A DNA stretch of 32,000 nt from Candidatus Kuenenia stuttgartensis (GTDB taxonomy: Bacteria > Planctomycetota > Brocadiia > Brocadiales > Brocadiaceae): contig NZ_LT934425.1 in the NCBI RefSeq assembly GCF_900232105.1, positions 2,610,001 through 2,642,000 of the forward strand, read 5' to 3'. The stretch's first letter is position 1. Each line of letters opens with the position of its first letter. Both the position numbers and the translations under genes were made by a program. The notes beneath the pieces are model-generated. The model saw nothing but the letters and a program-made list of their open reading frames with translations. It was not told where the DNA came from and ran no database searches. Below, in pieces: positions 16,845 through 24,495 of the stretch.

Positions 16845-16877
16845 AACCCTGACAGGGTTTGAAACCCTGTCAGGGTT
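16845..16877. repeat. 33-bp REP doublet, right flank of the RAYT
   Basis: aaccctgacagggtt-tga-aaccctgtcagggtt, ending 16 nt upstream of the MTase ATG. Confidence 0.9.
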
Positions 16878-16893
16878 AAAATGAGGCATTGAC

Positions 16894-19800
16894 ATGGATA
16901 AACAACAGGCAAAACAAATTATTCAGGAGACATTTGAGAACCCTTTTGATAAGGGCAGGTTTACCCTATTCATCAAAAATCTTCTGAACCATATTGAAGA
17001 AAACCGCATTCCTCCACGTCATGGTCAATTCATTCCTGACGCTTACAAGCCATACATCAGCAGTCTGGCGCGAATCGGCAAATTCAATGACAATGAAAAC
17101 AGGGTTGATATCCTTATCATAAAACTTCAGAAAGAGACCTCCCTTGAACGCGCCCGCACCATGCAGCGAAACTTTGTTGCCGGGTATTTACAGGGCAAAT
17201 ACGGTAGTTCAAATGAAAAAGAAGCTGCACTGGTTGCCTTTGTATCCCCGGATTCGGCAGACTGGCGTTTTTCACTGGTTAAGATGGACTATAAGTTTGA
17301 ACAGACTCAAGCCGGCAGAATGAAGGTAAAAGAAGAGTTTACACCTGCACGCCGATGGTCATTCCTGGTAGGCGCAAACGAAACCAGCCACACCGCCCAG
17401 AGCAGGCTGGTTAATATGTTGGCAAATGATGAGCATAACCCAACCCTTAAAGAACTGGAACAGGCATTTGATATTGAAACCGTAACCGAAGAATTTTTCC
17501 GAGAATACCGTGGGCTTTTTATCCGTACAAAAGAAGAACTGGACAAAATAGTAGAGACAGGTTTCAAACCTGTCTCTACCAGCCTGAAAAAGGAATTTGA
17601 ATCTAAAGGAGTTGATACCGTAAACTTTGCAAAAAAACTATTGGGCCAGATTGTATTTCTCTATTTTTTACAGAAAAAAGGCTGGTTCGGTGTAGCCCGC
17701 GAAGCCGAATGGGGCACAGGCTCTAAACACTTTTTGCGAGAGCTTTTTGAAAAAAGGCACGGCGACTATAAAAATTTCTTTAATGACATTCTGGAACCAC
17801 TCTTTTACGAAGCCTTGCGTAACGACCGCAGTCATGATGATCACTATTACAGCCAGTTTAACTGCAAAATCCCCTTCTTAAACGGTGGTCTTTTTGATCC
17901 CATTGGCAACAATGGCGGATACAACTGGGTACATAACGATATCTGTCTGCCGGACAGCCTATTCTCTAATAAAAATAAAACCAAAGAAGGCGATGAGGGT
18001 AATGGTATTCTGGATATTTTTGACCGTTACAATTTTACTGTTAGAGAAGATGAACCACTGGAAAAAGAGGTTGCCATTGATCCTGAACTTCTGGGCAAGG
18101 CGTATGAAAAGTTTAATGCAGTCCGTCCTGACAACTTTGAGGAATATGAAAAAGCGTTAAAGAGCGGTAAAAAAGGTGAAGAAAGCAAATTCAACAAGCA
18201 ATATGGCGTTTATTACACACCCCGTGAGATTGTCCACTATATGTGCCAGCAGAGCCTGATCAATTACTTGCACACAGAATTGATCGCTTCCAACCCTGAC
18301 AGGGTTCCAAACCCTGTCAGGGTTAAAGATATCGAAACCCTGATACACTTCGGCGAGCAGGTTAGCGAAAATGAAGAAATAGCATTGATCAAAGAACAAA
18401 TAATCTTAGAGGGTAAACAGAAATCTTCTGATTACAAATCAAAACTACCCGAAAGCATACGCAAGAATGCCGTATTAATTGATCAGAAACTGGCGGACAT
18501 CACCGTCTGCGACCCGGCAGTTGGCTCAGGCGCCTTTCCCGTTGGTATGATGAGCGAAATTGTAAAGGCGAGAAATGCGCTAGCACCCTTTATTGTAACT
18601 CAAGCTTCCCTATCTGCGTGTGTAGACGCACAGGCAGGCAGCTTGAGCCCAGGAACCCTGTCAGGGTTAAGGTTAGATACGCCAAGAACAACCTATGATT
18701 TCAAACGGCAATGCATCGAAAAATCTCTTTACGGCGTGGATATTGACCCCGGCGCGGTAGAAATTGCAAAACTTCGGCTGTGGCTATCGCTTGTTGTGGA
18801 TGAAGATGACATAAAAACCATCAAACCGCTACCCAATCTGGATTATAGAATTATGCAAGGCAACAGTCTGATTGAGATTCTAAACAACGAATTTTTTGAT
18901 GTGGCATTTAATCAAGAGAAGAAGGCACTTATAGAGCAACTTAAAAAAGCAAAGGACGAACTTTTTGCAATTTCAACTCCTTCATTAAAAGATGCAAAGC
19001 GAAAAGAAATTGAGGCATTGATTGCCAAAATTATTGAGCATGACAAAAAGGCAGCAATAGAAAAAATAAATTTAGAAATTCGTAGTAAGAAGGAACAAGG
19101 CAAGTTGTTTAATGATAAAATAATAGAAGAAGTAAATAGTAAGAGGATATTAGAATTAGAGGGAAAAATTCAAAAAATAAAAGACCTTAAAATCCCAGGA
19201 CCATCAGAACATTTTGAATGGCATCTTAATTTTGTCGAGGTTTTTCTCGAAAAAGGAAGATTTGATATTGTGATTGCAAATCCACCTTATTTACGCATTC
19301 AAGAAATCCAGAAAAATACTCCGGAACTAGCTGGAAAACTTAAGGATTGTTACTTATCAGCATCAGGCAGCTTCGATATTTATGCCTGTTTTGTTGAATT
19401 GGGAATAAGGTTAATGCATGATAGCGGTAACATTGCTTATATATTACCGCACAAGTTTTTCCAGGCATCTTTTGGGAAGAACCTACGAAAATTAATTTCC
19501 TCACAAAAGCTTTTACGAAAAATTGTAGATTTCGGTAGTAGTCAGGTATTTGAATCAGCAACAACATATACGTGCCTTCTGTTTTTATCTTCTCAAAATA
19601 AGAATTTCAAGTTTGCGGAACTGAAACCAAATACAAAATTAGACGATTTAAATGATGTATTTGCGTCTATAAATAGCAATAATGACTTGCGTTCAGAAAA
19701 TGTAGATGTTGCAATCATATCAAATAATACTGTGACAGAAAAAGAATGGCACTTTTCTGCAAGTAGTGCTGGAAATATCCTGTCCAAATTGAAGCAACAG

Positions 19801-20628
19801 CCAAGAACACTTGCTGATATTTGTGAAAAGATTTTTGTCGGTTTGCAAACAAGTGCTGACAAAATATATTTTCTTGAGCATATCTCAGAGAAGGATGGTG
19901 TGATAAATGCCTTTTCTAAGTCGCTCGATCGGGAAATCTCTATTGAAAAAGAAATTGTTAAACCATTATTAAAAGGTGCGGATGTTCATCGTTATTCAAA
20001 GTTACAGCCTAAAATATGGTGTATTTTCCCGTATGAACTGAAGAATAATAAGGTATTCCTTTATTCACAGAAAGAGATAAAGAGAAAATTCCCTTTAGCA
20101 TGGAAATATTTACTAGAGAATAAGAATGAACTAGAAAATAGAGAGCATGGGAGATTTAAAAAAAATTGGTGGTGTTTCAGTAGACCGCAAAATTTAACAG
20201 AATTTGAAAAGATGAAGATTCTTACACCAGATATTGCTTCAAATTGTCAAATGACAATTGATGATAAAGGTCTTTACCATACAACAACAGTGTACAGTTT
20301 TGTTTTTAAAGAAAACGGTAAAGAATCATCGAAATATTTCTTAGCCTTATTGAATTCAAAGTTATTGTGGTACTTTTTAACAACAACTGGTTCTGTTCTT
20401 CGCGGAGGCTTTTTTAGATTTAAAACAAACTATTTATTGCCTTTCCCCATCCCGAAAGAGCTTTCACAAAGCGAGCAAAAGCCTTTTATTGCCGTTGTTG
20501 ATCAAATCCTCATCACTAAAAAGAAAGACCCAAGCACCGACACGTCAGCGATGGAAAGGCAGATTGACCAAATGGTTTACAAACTCTACGACCTCACGCC
20601 GGAGGAGATTGCGATCGTTGAAGGGTAA
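16894..20628 (+). CDS. Large gamma-class N6-adenine DNA methyltransferase (Eco57I/PglX-like, with TaqI_C-like C-terminal module)
   Basis: 1244 aa. Motif I VCDPAVGSGAFPV; LYGVDIDPGAVEIAKLRLWLSLV; motif IV DIVIANPPYLRIQE. C-terminal LNSKLLWYFLTTTGSVLRGGFFRFKTNYLLPFPIP and the terminal QMVYKLYDLTPEEIAIVEG. The N-terminal region of about 530 aa has unknown function. Carries three in-frame repeat insertions. Confidence 0.9.
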   Translation: MDKQQAKQIIQETFENPFDKGRFTLFIKNLLNHIEENRIPPRHGQFIPDAYKPYISSLARIGKFNDNENRVDILIIKLQKETSLERARTMQRNFVAGYLQGKYGSSNEKEAALVAFVSPDSADWRFSLVKMDYKFEQTQAGRMKVKEEFTPARRWSFLVGANETSHTAQSRLVNMLANDEHNPTLKELEQAFDIETVTEEFFREYRGLFIRTKEELDKIVETGFKPVSTSLKKEFESKGVDTVNFAKKLLGQIVFLYFLQKKGWFGVAREAEWGTGSKHFLRELFEKRHGDYKNFFNDILEPLFYEALRNDRSHDDHYYSQFNCKIPFLNGGLFDPIGNNGGYNWVHNDICLPDSLFSNKNKTKEGDEGNGILDIFDRYNFTVREDEPLEKEVAIDPELLGKAYEKFNAVRPDNFEEYEKALKSGKKGEESKFNKQYGVYYTPREIVHYMCQQSLINYLHTELIASNPDRVPNPVRVKDIETLIHFGEQVSENEEIALIKEQIILEGKQKSSDYKSKLPESIRKNAVLIDQKLADITVCDPAVGSGAFPVGMMSEIVKARNALAPFIVTQASLSACVDAQAGSLSPGTLSGLRLDTPRTTYDFKRQCIEKSLYGVDIDPGAVEIAKLRLWLSLVVDEDDIKTIKPLPNLDYRIMQGNSLIEILNNEFFDVAFNQEKKALIEQLKKAKDELFAISTPSLKDAKRKEIEALIAKIIEHDKKAAIEKINLEIRSKKEQGKLFNDKIIEEVNSKRILELEGKIQKIKDLKIPGPSEHFEWHLNFVEVFLEKGRFDIVIANPPYLRIQEIQKNTPELAGKLKDCYLSASGSFDIYACFVELGIRLMHDSGNIAYILPHKFFQASFGKNLRKLISSQKLLRKIVDFGSSQVFESATTYTCLLFLSSQNKNFKFAELKPNTKLDDLNDVFASINSNNDLRSENVDVAIISNNTVTEKEWHFSASSAGNILSKLKQQPRTLADICEKIFVGLQTSADKIYFLEHISEKDGVINAFSKSLDREISIEKEIVKPLLKGADVHRYSKLQPKIWCIFPYELKNNKVFLYSQKEIKRKFPLAWKYLLENKNELENREHGRFKKNWWCFSRPQNLTEFEKMKILTPDIASNCQMTIDDKGLYHTTTVYSFVFKENGKESSKYFLALLNSKLLWYFLTTTGSVLRGGFFRFKTNYLLPFPIPKELSQSEQKPFIAVVDQILITKKKDPSTDTSAMERQIDQMVYKLYDLTPEEIAIVEG
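17551..17579. repeat. Perfect 29-bp GTAGAGAC...GTCTCTAC hairpin inside the MTase ORF (in frame)
   Basis: gtagagacaggttt-c-aaacctgtctctac, translated as VETGFKPVST. Same stem ends as the intergenic hairpins at 4406 and 8080/8142. Confidence 0.85.
18292..18324. repeat. 33-bp REP doublet inside the MTase ORF (in frame)
   Basis: aaccctgacagggtt-cca-aaccctgtcagggtt, translated as NPDRVPNPVRV. Confidence 0.9.
18654..18668. repeat. Single REP unit inside the MTase ORF, preceded by another palindrome
   Basis: aaccctgtcagggtt, translated as (G)TLSGL. Upstream at 18598-18647, ctcaagct...agcttgag encloses tgcgtgtgtagacgca. Confidence 0.8.
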
Positions 20629-20668
20629 AAGATGAACAAAAAAAGGAACTATTACATCTCCTAAAGAT

Positions 20669-22366
20669 ATGAATAAAATACTTGATAAATTACATCACAT
20701 GTCTAAAATTCCCAGGCATGGTACAGACTGTTATAAGCAATGGCTTGAACAGAAAGATTTTTTGCAGTTTCTTTTAGATACAAGCCATGGAGATATTCCT
20801 TTATATGTCTCTTATAAAGAAAGCTATATTTATTCTGTATTTCTACCGCAAAACTGTCTGCGGGGGAATTATATTGACGATTTAATGAATTGGAACTGCT
20901 TCCCTGACAGTTCATGGGGATACAGTTATTCTTATGGTAAAAAGGAAAGGGCAATAGATATTTCTCTTTTGCATCCTTTCGATTCTTCCGGGTCAAAATT
21001 ATTAAAGAATGCAACCCCTATAACTTTTCTAAGGAGTTTTGAAGGCAGAATAGGGCAAAAAAGTTATATAGAGGTTCTTCAATTGTTTACCCATCTTAAT
21101 GGTTTGCACTTTGTAGAAGAAAAGAATGCCTATTGTCGCTTAAATGAAGATGGAGATATTGAAGAAATTATTAAAATTCATCATACACCGGATGATATTT
21201 TAGTTACCATTAAACAAGATGTACTGGATCATCATTTGTTTCTATCTAACTCAGTATTGTTACGACTTTTTGACAGAACTCTTTGCAATAACTGGATAAA
21301 ATCTAGCGCAGAAACCCGGAATAAATCTAATTTTTCTGATAAAAAGAATAAAATATATGCTCGACAAGGTATTGCGTATGATAAAGAATGTCTGCCCACT
21401 GCGGGCTGGCTGAGAGGATTTCAAATCATACGAAATTATCAGCCACGCAAAAAGATGATAAAGATTTTAACCGATGGACATTCAAAACCTCAAAAGTATG
21501 AAGAGTTTATTGCCCATGATTGGAAGCGTAAGAAAATTGCGTCTTTTTCCTGTGACCCCAAAAAACTGGACAATTATTTTGTTGAATCAGATAAACCTTT
21601 TGAGACATCTCCTGTGTTTTTTAAACCAGATGTCCTTTTAAAGTATAAACAGAATCCAGAAAAATATACTCTCGAACAACGAAGTATACATTGTAGGGAG
21701 AGTTGGAGTTTAAAAACATACGATATTAACGAAGCGGGCCAAGTCCATACCTATTTGATTTACTTGGGAGATCTTCCGCATTCAGAACAACTTCATTGGA
21801 AGTCTTATAATGAGAAACCAAAGGCTAAAATATCCAGGAGAGCTTTTACAACAGATTTCATGGGGAAGTGTGATTTATCGTATGAGCCTTTATCTGCATT
21901 AAAAAAAGCTCTAAAAGATTTAGAGGAAGAAAAACCAGATTTATGGTCATGTTCAGATGGAAAACTAAATCAGCAACTCCACTATCCGGTTACTGATTCA
22001 CTGAAAGAATGGATAGACGAAATTCATACATTGGATAAGCTTGTAGTTGAAGGGCTTAAAAAACCGTATTTAAGGAATATAGCGATATCATTGAATTGTT
22101 ATGACAATAAAGTGGGCACTATAAAACTACTAAAAAAGATTCTTGAGACAAAAGAAATTGATAGTCATGAAATCAACGAAATCATATCCCCTTTGGAAGA
22201 TATTCATTTTTTGAGAACAAAGTTAGCTGGGCATAGCTCTGGAAAAGAAGCAGATAAAATCAGAAAAGATCTAATTGCAAAGCATGGAGACCTAAGAAAG
22301 CATTTTCGCAACCTTGTTGAAAAAACTGATAAAAGCATAAAAGGGATGAAACGAATCCAACTATAA
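20669..22366 (+). CDS. Uncharacterised 565-aa protein, third gene of the helicase/MTase module (possible C-terminal HEPN-like Rx5H)
   Basis: Long uninterrupted ORF 41 nt after the MTase, on the same strand and with the same AT-rich composition as the MTase 3' half. No P-loop, TM segment or nuclease motif was seen. The only candidate motif is IHFLRTKLAGHSSGKEA near the C-terminus. Confidence 0.6.
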   Translation: MNKILDKLHHMSKIPRHGTDCYKQWLEQKDFLQFLLDTSHGDIPLYVSYKESYIYSVFLPQNCLRGNYIDDLMNWNCFPDSSWGYSYSYGKKERAIDISLLHPFDSSGSKLLKNATPITFLRSFEGRIGQKSYIEVLQLFTHLNGLHFVEEKNAYCRLNEDGDIEEIIKIHHTPDDILVTIKQDVLDHHLFLSNSVLLRLFDRTLCNNWIKSSAETRNKSNFSDKKNKIYARQGIAYDKECLPTAGWLRGFQIIRNYQPRKKMIKILTDGHSKPQKYEEFIAHDWKRKKIASFSCDPKKLDNYFVESDKPFETSPVFFKPDVLLKYKQNPEKYTLEQRSIHCRESWSLKTYDINEAGQVHTYLIYLGDLPHSEQLHWKSYNEKPKAKISRRAFTTDFMGKCDLSYEPLSALKKALKDLEEEKPDLWSCSDGKLNQQLHYPVTDSLKEWIDEIHTLDKLVVEGLKKPYLRNIAISLNCYDNKVGTIKLLKKILETKEIDSHEINEIISPLEDIHFLRTKLAGHSSGKEADKIRKDLIAKHGDLRKHFRNLVEKTDKSIKGMKRIQL

Positions 22367-22401
22367 GCGTACGACAAGGGAATCGAATCTTTCCATAGTC
22401 A

Positions 22402-22512
22402 CACCTTGATTAGTGATTATAATGTTGAGTATTCATAACTGTTTTAAGTTTTTTTTGGCGCATCTTTGCTATCATGAAAGAGGATTATCTGCAAAACATG
22501 AACAAACAAGCC
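22402..22512 (+). repeat. Direct repeat R, copy 1 (about 110 bp)
   Basis: caccttgattagtgattataatgttgagtattcataactgttttaag...gctatcatgaaagaggattatctgcaaaacATGaacaaacaagcc. Near-identical to copies at 24387 and 25433; a diverged copy lies at 23485. Confidence 0.85.
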
Positions 22513-22708
22513 CCGCTAGACAGGCATGTCCGTTATCTAACAAAGCAAACCAATATGCCTGCCTGAGCGAGGATGTTCACAGACATGTCCACGATTTGAA
22601 AAACACATTGACCCCATTAGATGTTTACTATCTAACGGGGCTGTCCAAATGGTTTACAAACTCTACGACCTCACGCCAGAGGAGATTGTGATTGTGGAGG
22701 GAAAATAA
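22498..22708 (+). pseudogene. Ghost of an MTase gene: N-terminal codons (MNKQA) plus C-terminal remnant (MVYKLYDLTPEEIVIVEGK*)
   Basis: 22649-22708 is nearly identical to the true MTase 3' end (20572-20628). The two parts are not in one frame and are separated by stops. Confidence 0.7.
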
Positions 22709-22714
22709 ACAGGA

Positions 22715-22930
22715 TTGATTTATCATATCTATTGTGACGAAAGCAGGCAGTCGAAAGATCGCTTTATGGTAATAGGCGGCGCAATTATTCCATCGGATAA
22801 TGTAGAGCCGTTTAATAAAACGATGCAGAAATACCGAAATGAACAAAAGATGTTTTCAGAGCTAAAATGGTCAAAAGTAACCAATCAGAAACTTACCGAA
22901 TACAAAGGTTTAATAAATAATATAAATTGA
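22715..22930 (+). pseudogene. Truncated DUF3800-like gene (N-terminal 71 codons only)
   Basis: (TTG)IYHIYCDESRQSKDRFMVIGGAII...FSELKWSKV resembles the DUF3800 N-terminus (iyiDESg...ElKWsk). Full-length members are about 3 times longer. Confidence 0.45.
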
Positions 22931-22980
22931 TATAATGCTTATATCTTATTCTATCATTGCTTGAAAGAGGATGTATTTAA

Positions 22981-23178
22981 ATGCGGGAATTGAAAGTGCC
23001 CGTATCGGCAGATGAAATTATAGAAGCGGTGAAAAAGATGAAAAAAAGCGACAGGGAGGCTTTTGTTGAGGATCTACTGGCTATAACTTCTCCTGAGTAT
23101 TTACAGAGCATTAAAGAAGCAAGGGCAGGCTACAAGACAGGCAAGACAAAATCCCATAAAGAGATTTTTGGAAAATGA
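22981..23178 (+). CDS. Putative antitoxin of the RelE/ParE-like module
   Basis: 65 aa with a 4-nt ATGA overlap with the downstream toxin gene. The family itself was not recognised. Confidence 0.55.
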   Translation: MRELKVPVSADEIIEAVKKMKKSDREAFVEDLLAITSPEYLQSIKEARAGYKTGKTKSHKEIFGK

Positions 23179-23434
23179 ACTATAACCTTGTTTATACTTA
23201 CAGGGCAGAGAGGGACATAAAGAAACTGGATTCTTCGATAAAAAACCGTATCGGGAATGCCCTTTTAAAACTTCGGGATAATCCCTTATTATATTCTGAA
23301 AAACTGAGTGACCCTGCACTTGGGACATACAAATTCAGGATGGGAGATTACAGGGTAATCTTTGATATTGAAGGCAGCGAGTTGTTATTCTCAGAATTGG
23401 CCATAGAAGGGAAATTTATAAAAGATTGATATAA
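23175..23434 (+). pseudogene. RelE/ParE-family toxin with a 3'-proximal frameshift
   Basis: N-terminal 69 aa are typical (YRAERDIKKLDSSIKNRIGNALLKLRDNP...GTYKFRMGDYRVIFDIEGSE). The expected C-terminus VVILRIGHRREIYKRLI* is present, but in the +2 frame from 23381 to 23434. Confidence 0.75.
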
Positions 23435-23484
23435 CCCTTAGCTCCCACTCAATCCATCCTTGCCAAAACCTTCCGCGGCGAACG

Positions 23485-23607
23485 CTGGGAGTGATTAAAG
23501 GGAAGAATCATTCAAAATGACAAGTTATATTTGAAGGGAAAAGTTCAAAGGCGAATCTTTTCTATCAAGAAAGACGAGTATTACTTGCAAAACATGGATA
23601 AGCAATT
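23485..23607 (+). repeat. Direct repeat R, diverged copy
   Basis: gagtgattaaagggaagaatcattcaaaatgac...aagttcaaaggcgaatcttttctatcaagaaagacgagtattacttgcaaaacATGgataagcaattt aligns by eye with R1-R3. Confidence 0.55.
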
Positions 23608-23699
23608 TGAGAAAACAGTTAGTGGGTTTGTTATAATATAATAAGAAAAGTAATTAGAGTACTGAGCGTACGTTTTAAAATAGAAAGGAATTACGTAAA

Positions 23700-23927
23700 A
23701 TGAATACGGCAATTGAGAGAATAGCGATTGATCCAAAGATATGCAGTGGAAAACCCTGTATTAAAGGCACAAGAATACCAGTACATATAATACTTGACCT
23801 TCTTGCCGCTGGAGAAGATTTTGATGGTATAAAAAAGGCATATCCCAATATTACGGATAAAGATATTAGGGCATGCCTGAATTATGCAGCAGTTCTTGCT
23901 GATGAAGAAGCCGGGGTTACGGCGTGA
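23700..23927 (+). CDS. DUF433-family protein (antitoxin-like partner of DUF5615)
   Basis: 75 aa: IAIDPKICSGKPCIKGTRIPVHIILDLLAAGEDFDGIKKAYPNITDKDIRACLNYA. Confidence 0.85.
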   Translation: MNTAIERIAIDPKICSGKPCIKGTRIPVHIILDLLAAGEDFDGIKKAYPNITDKDIRACLNYAAVLADEEAGVTA

Positions 23928-24287
23928 AGATTTTTGCCAATGAAAACCTCTTTGAGCCAATTATTGATTATTTAAGGTCTTTAGGGAATGATGTGCTGAG
24001 TATCAGAGACTGCGGTCTTTCCGGTATTTCTGATGATGAGGTATATGAGATGGCGTGCAAGGAAAACAGGGTCATTATTACCATGGACAAAGACTTCACA
24101 AGAATATTCAGATTTCCTCTCCAAAGATGCGGGGGGAATTGTTGTTGCTAAAATTTATAAAAGACCTGTTGATGAGACGCTCACAATATTCAGAAAATAT
24201 TATCAGTCTATCAAGGCGGAGGACGTAAAAGAAAATCTGGTTATTATTACCCCGGAAGGTGTACGGATAAGAAGGTCAGCAAGATGA
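23924..24287 (+). pseudogene. DUF5615 (Mut7-C/PIN-like) toxin-like gene, frameshifted
   Basis: Frame 1 reads (V)KIFANENLFEPIIDYLRSLGNDVL...ENRVIITMDKDFTRIF. This continues in another frame as ..LSKDAGGIVVAKIYKRPVDETLTIF...LVIITPEGVRIRR. Length is 364 nt, that is 3n+1. The shift lies near 24105-24125, not in a long homopolymer. Confidence 0.7.
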
Positions 24288-24386
24288 CGAACGACTTCCA
24301 ATTCTCCCTTACTCTTGTTACCCAAACCCCTGCTGTAAAAGAATAACATTTCTTTTTATCCCGCTTTGATAAACCAGGGGGGGCGT

Positions 24387-24495
24387 GCCTTGATCAGAGA
24401 TTATAATGTTGAGTATTCATGACTGTTTTAAGTTTTTCTGCGCATATTTGCTCTCATGAAAAGAGGATTATCTGCAAAACATGGACAAGCAAGCC
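24387..24495 (+). repeat. Direct repeat R, copy 2
   Basis: gccttgatcagagattataatgttgagtattcatgactgttttaag...ctctcatgaaaagaggattatctgcaaaacATGgacaagcaagcc. Confidence 0.85.

Larger units (their letters stand above)
16217..16877 (+). mobile_element. REPtron (RAYT gene bracketed by its REP doublets) inserted between the helicase and the methyltransferase
   Basis: REP doublet, RAYT ORF, REP doublet. The same REP occurs seven more times as units within this window. Confidence 0.8.

Noticed and set aside
13000-22366. Calling the module canonical BREX, DISARM, Type I, Type III or Type ISP
   Set aside because: There is no PglZ/BrxC/BrxL, no DrmA/DrmB (DUF1998) and no HsdS/HsdR. The helicase is SNF2-type with an HKD nuclease rather than a Res-type protein with PD-(D/E)xK. 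Helicase and MTase are separate polypeptides. Only partial part-lists match.
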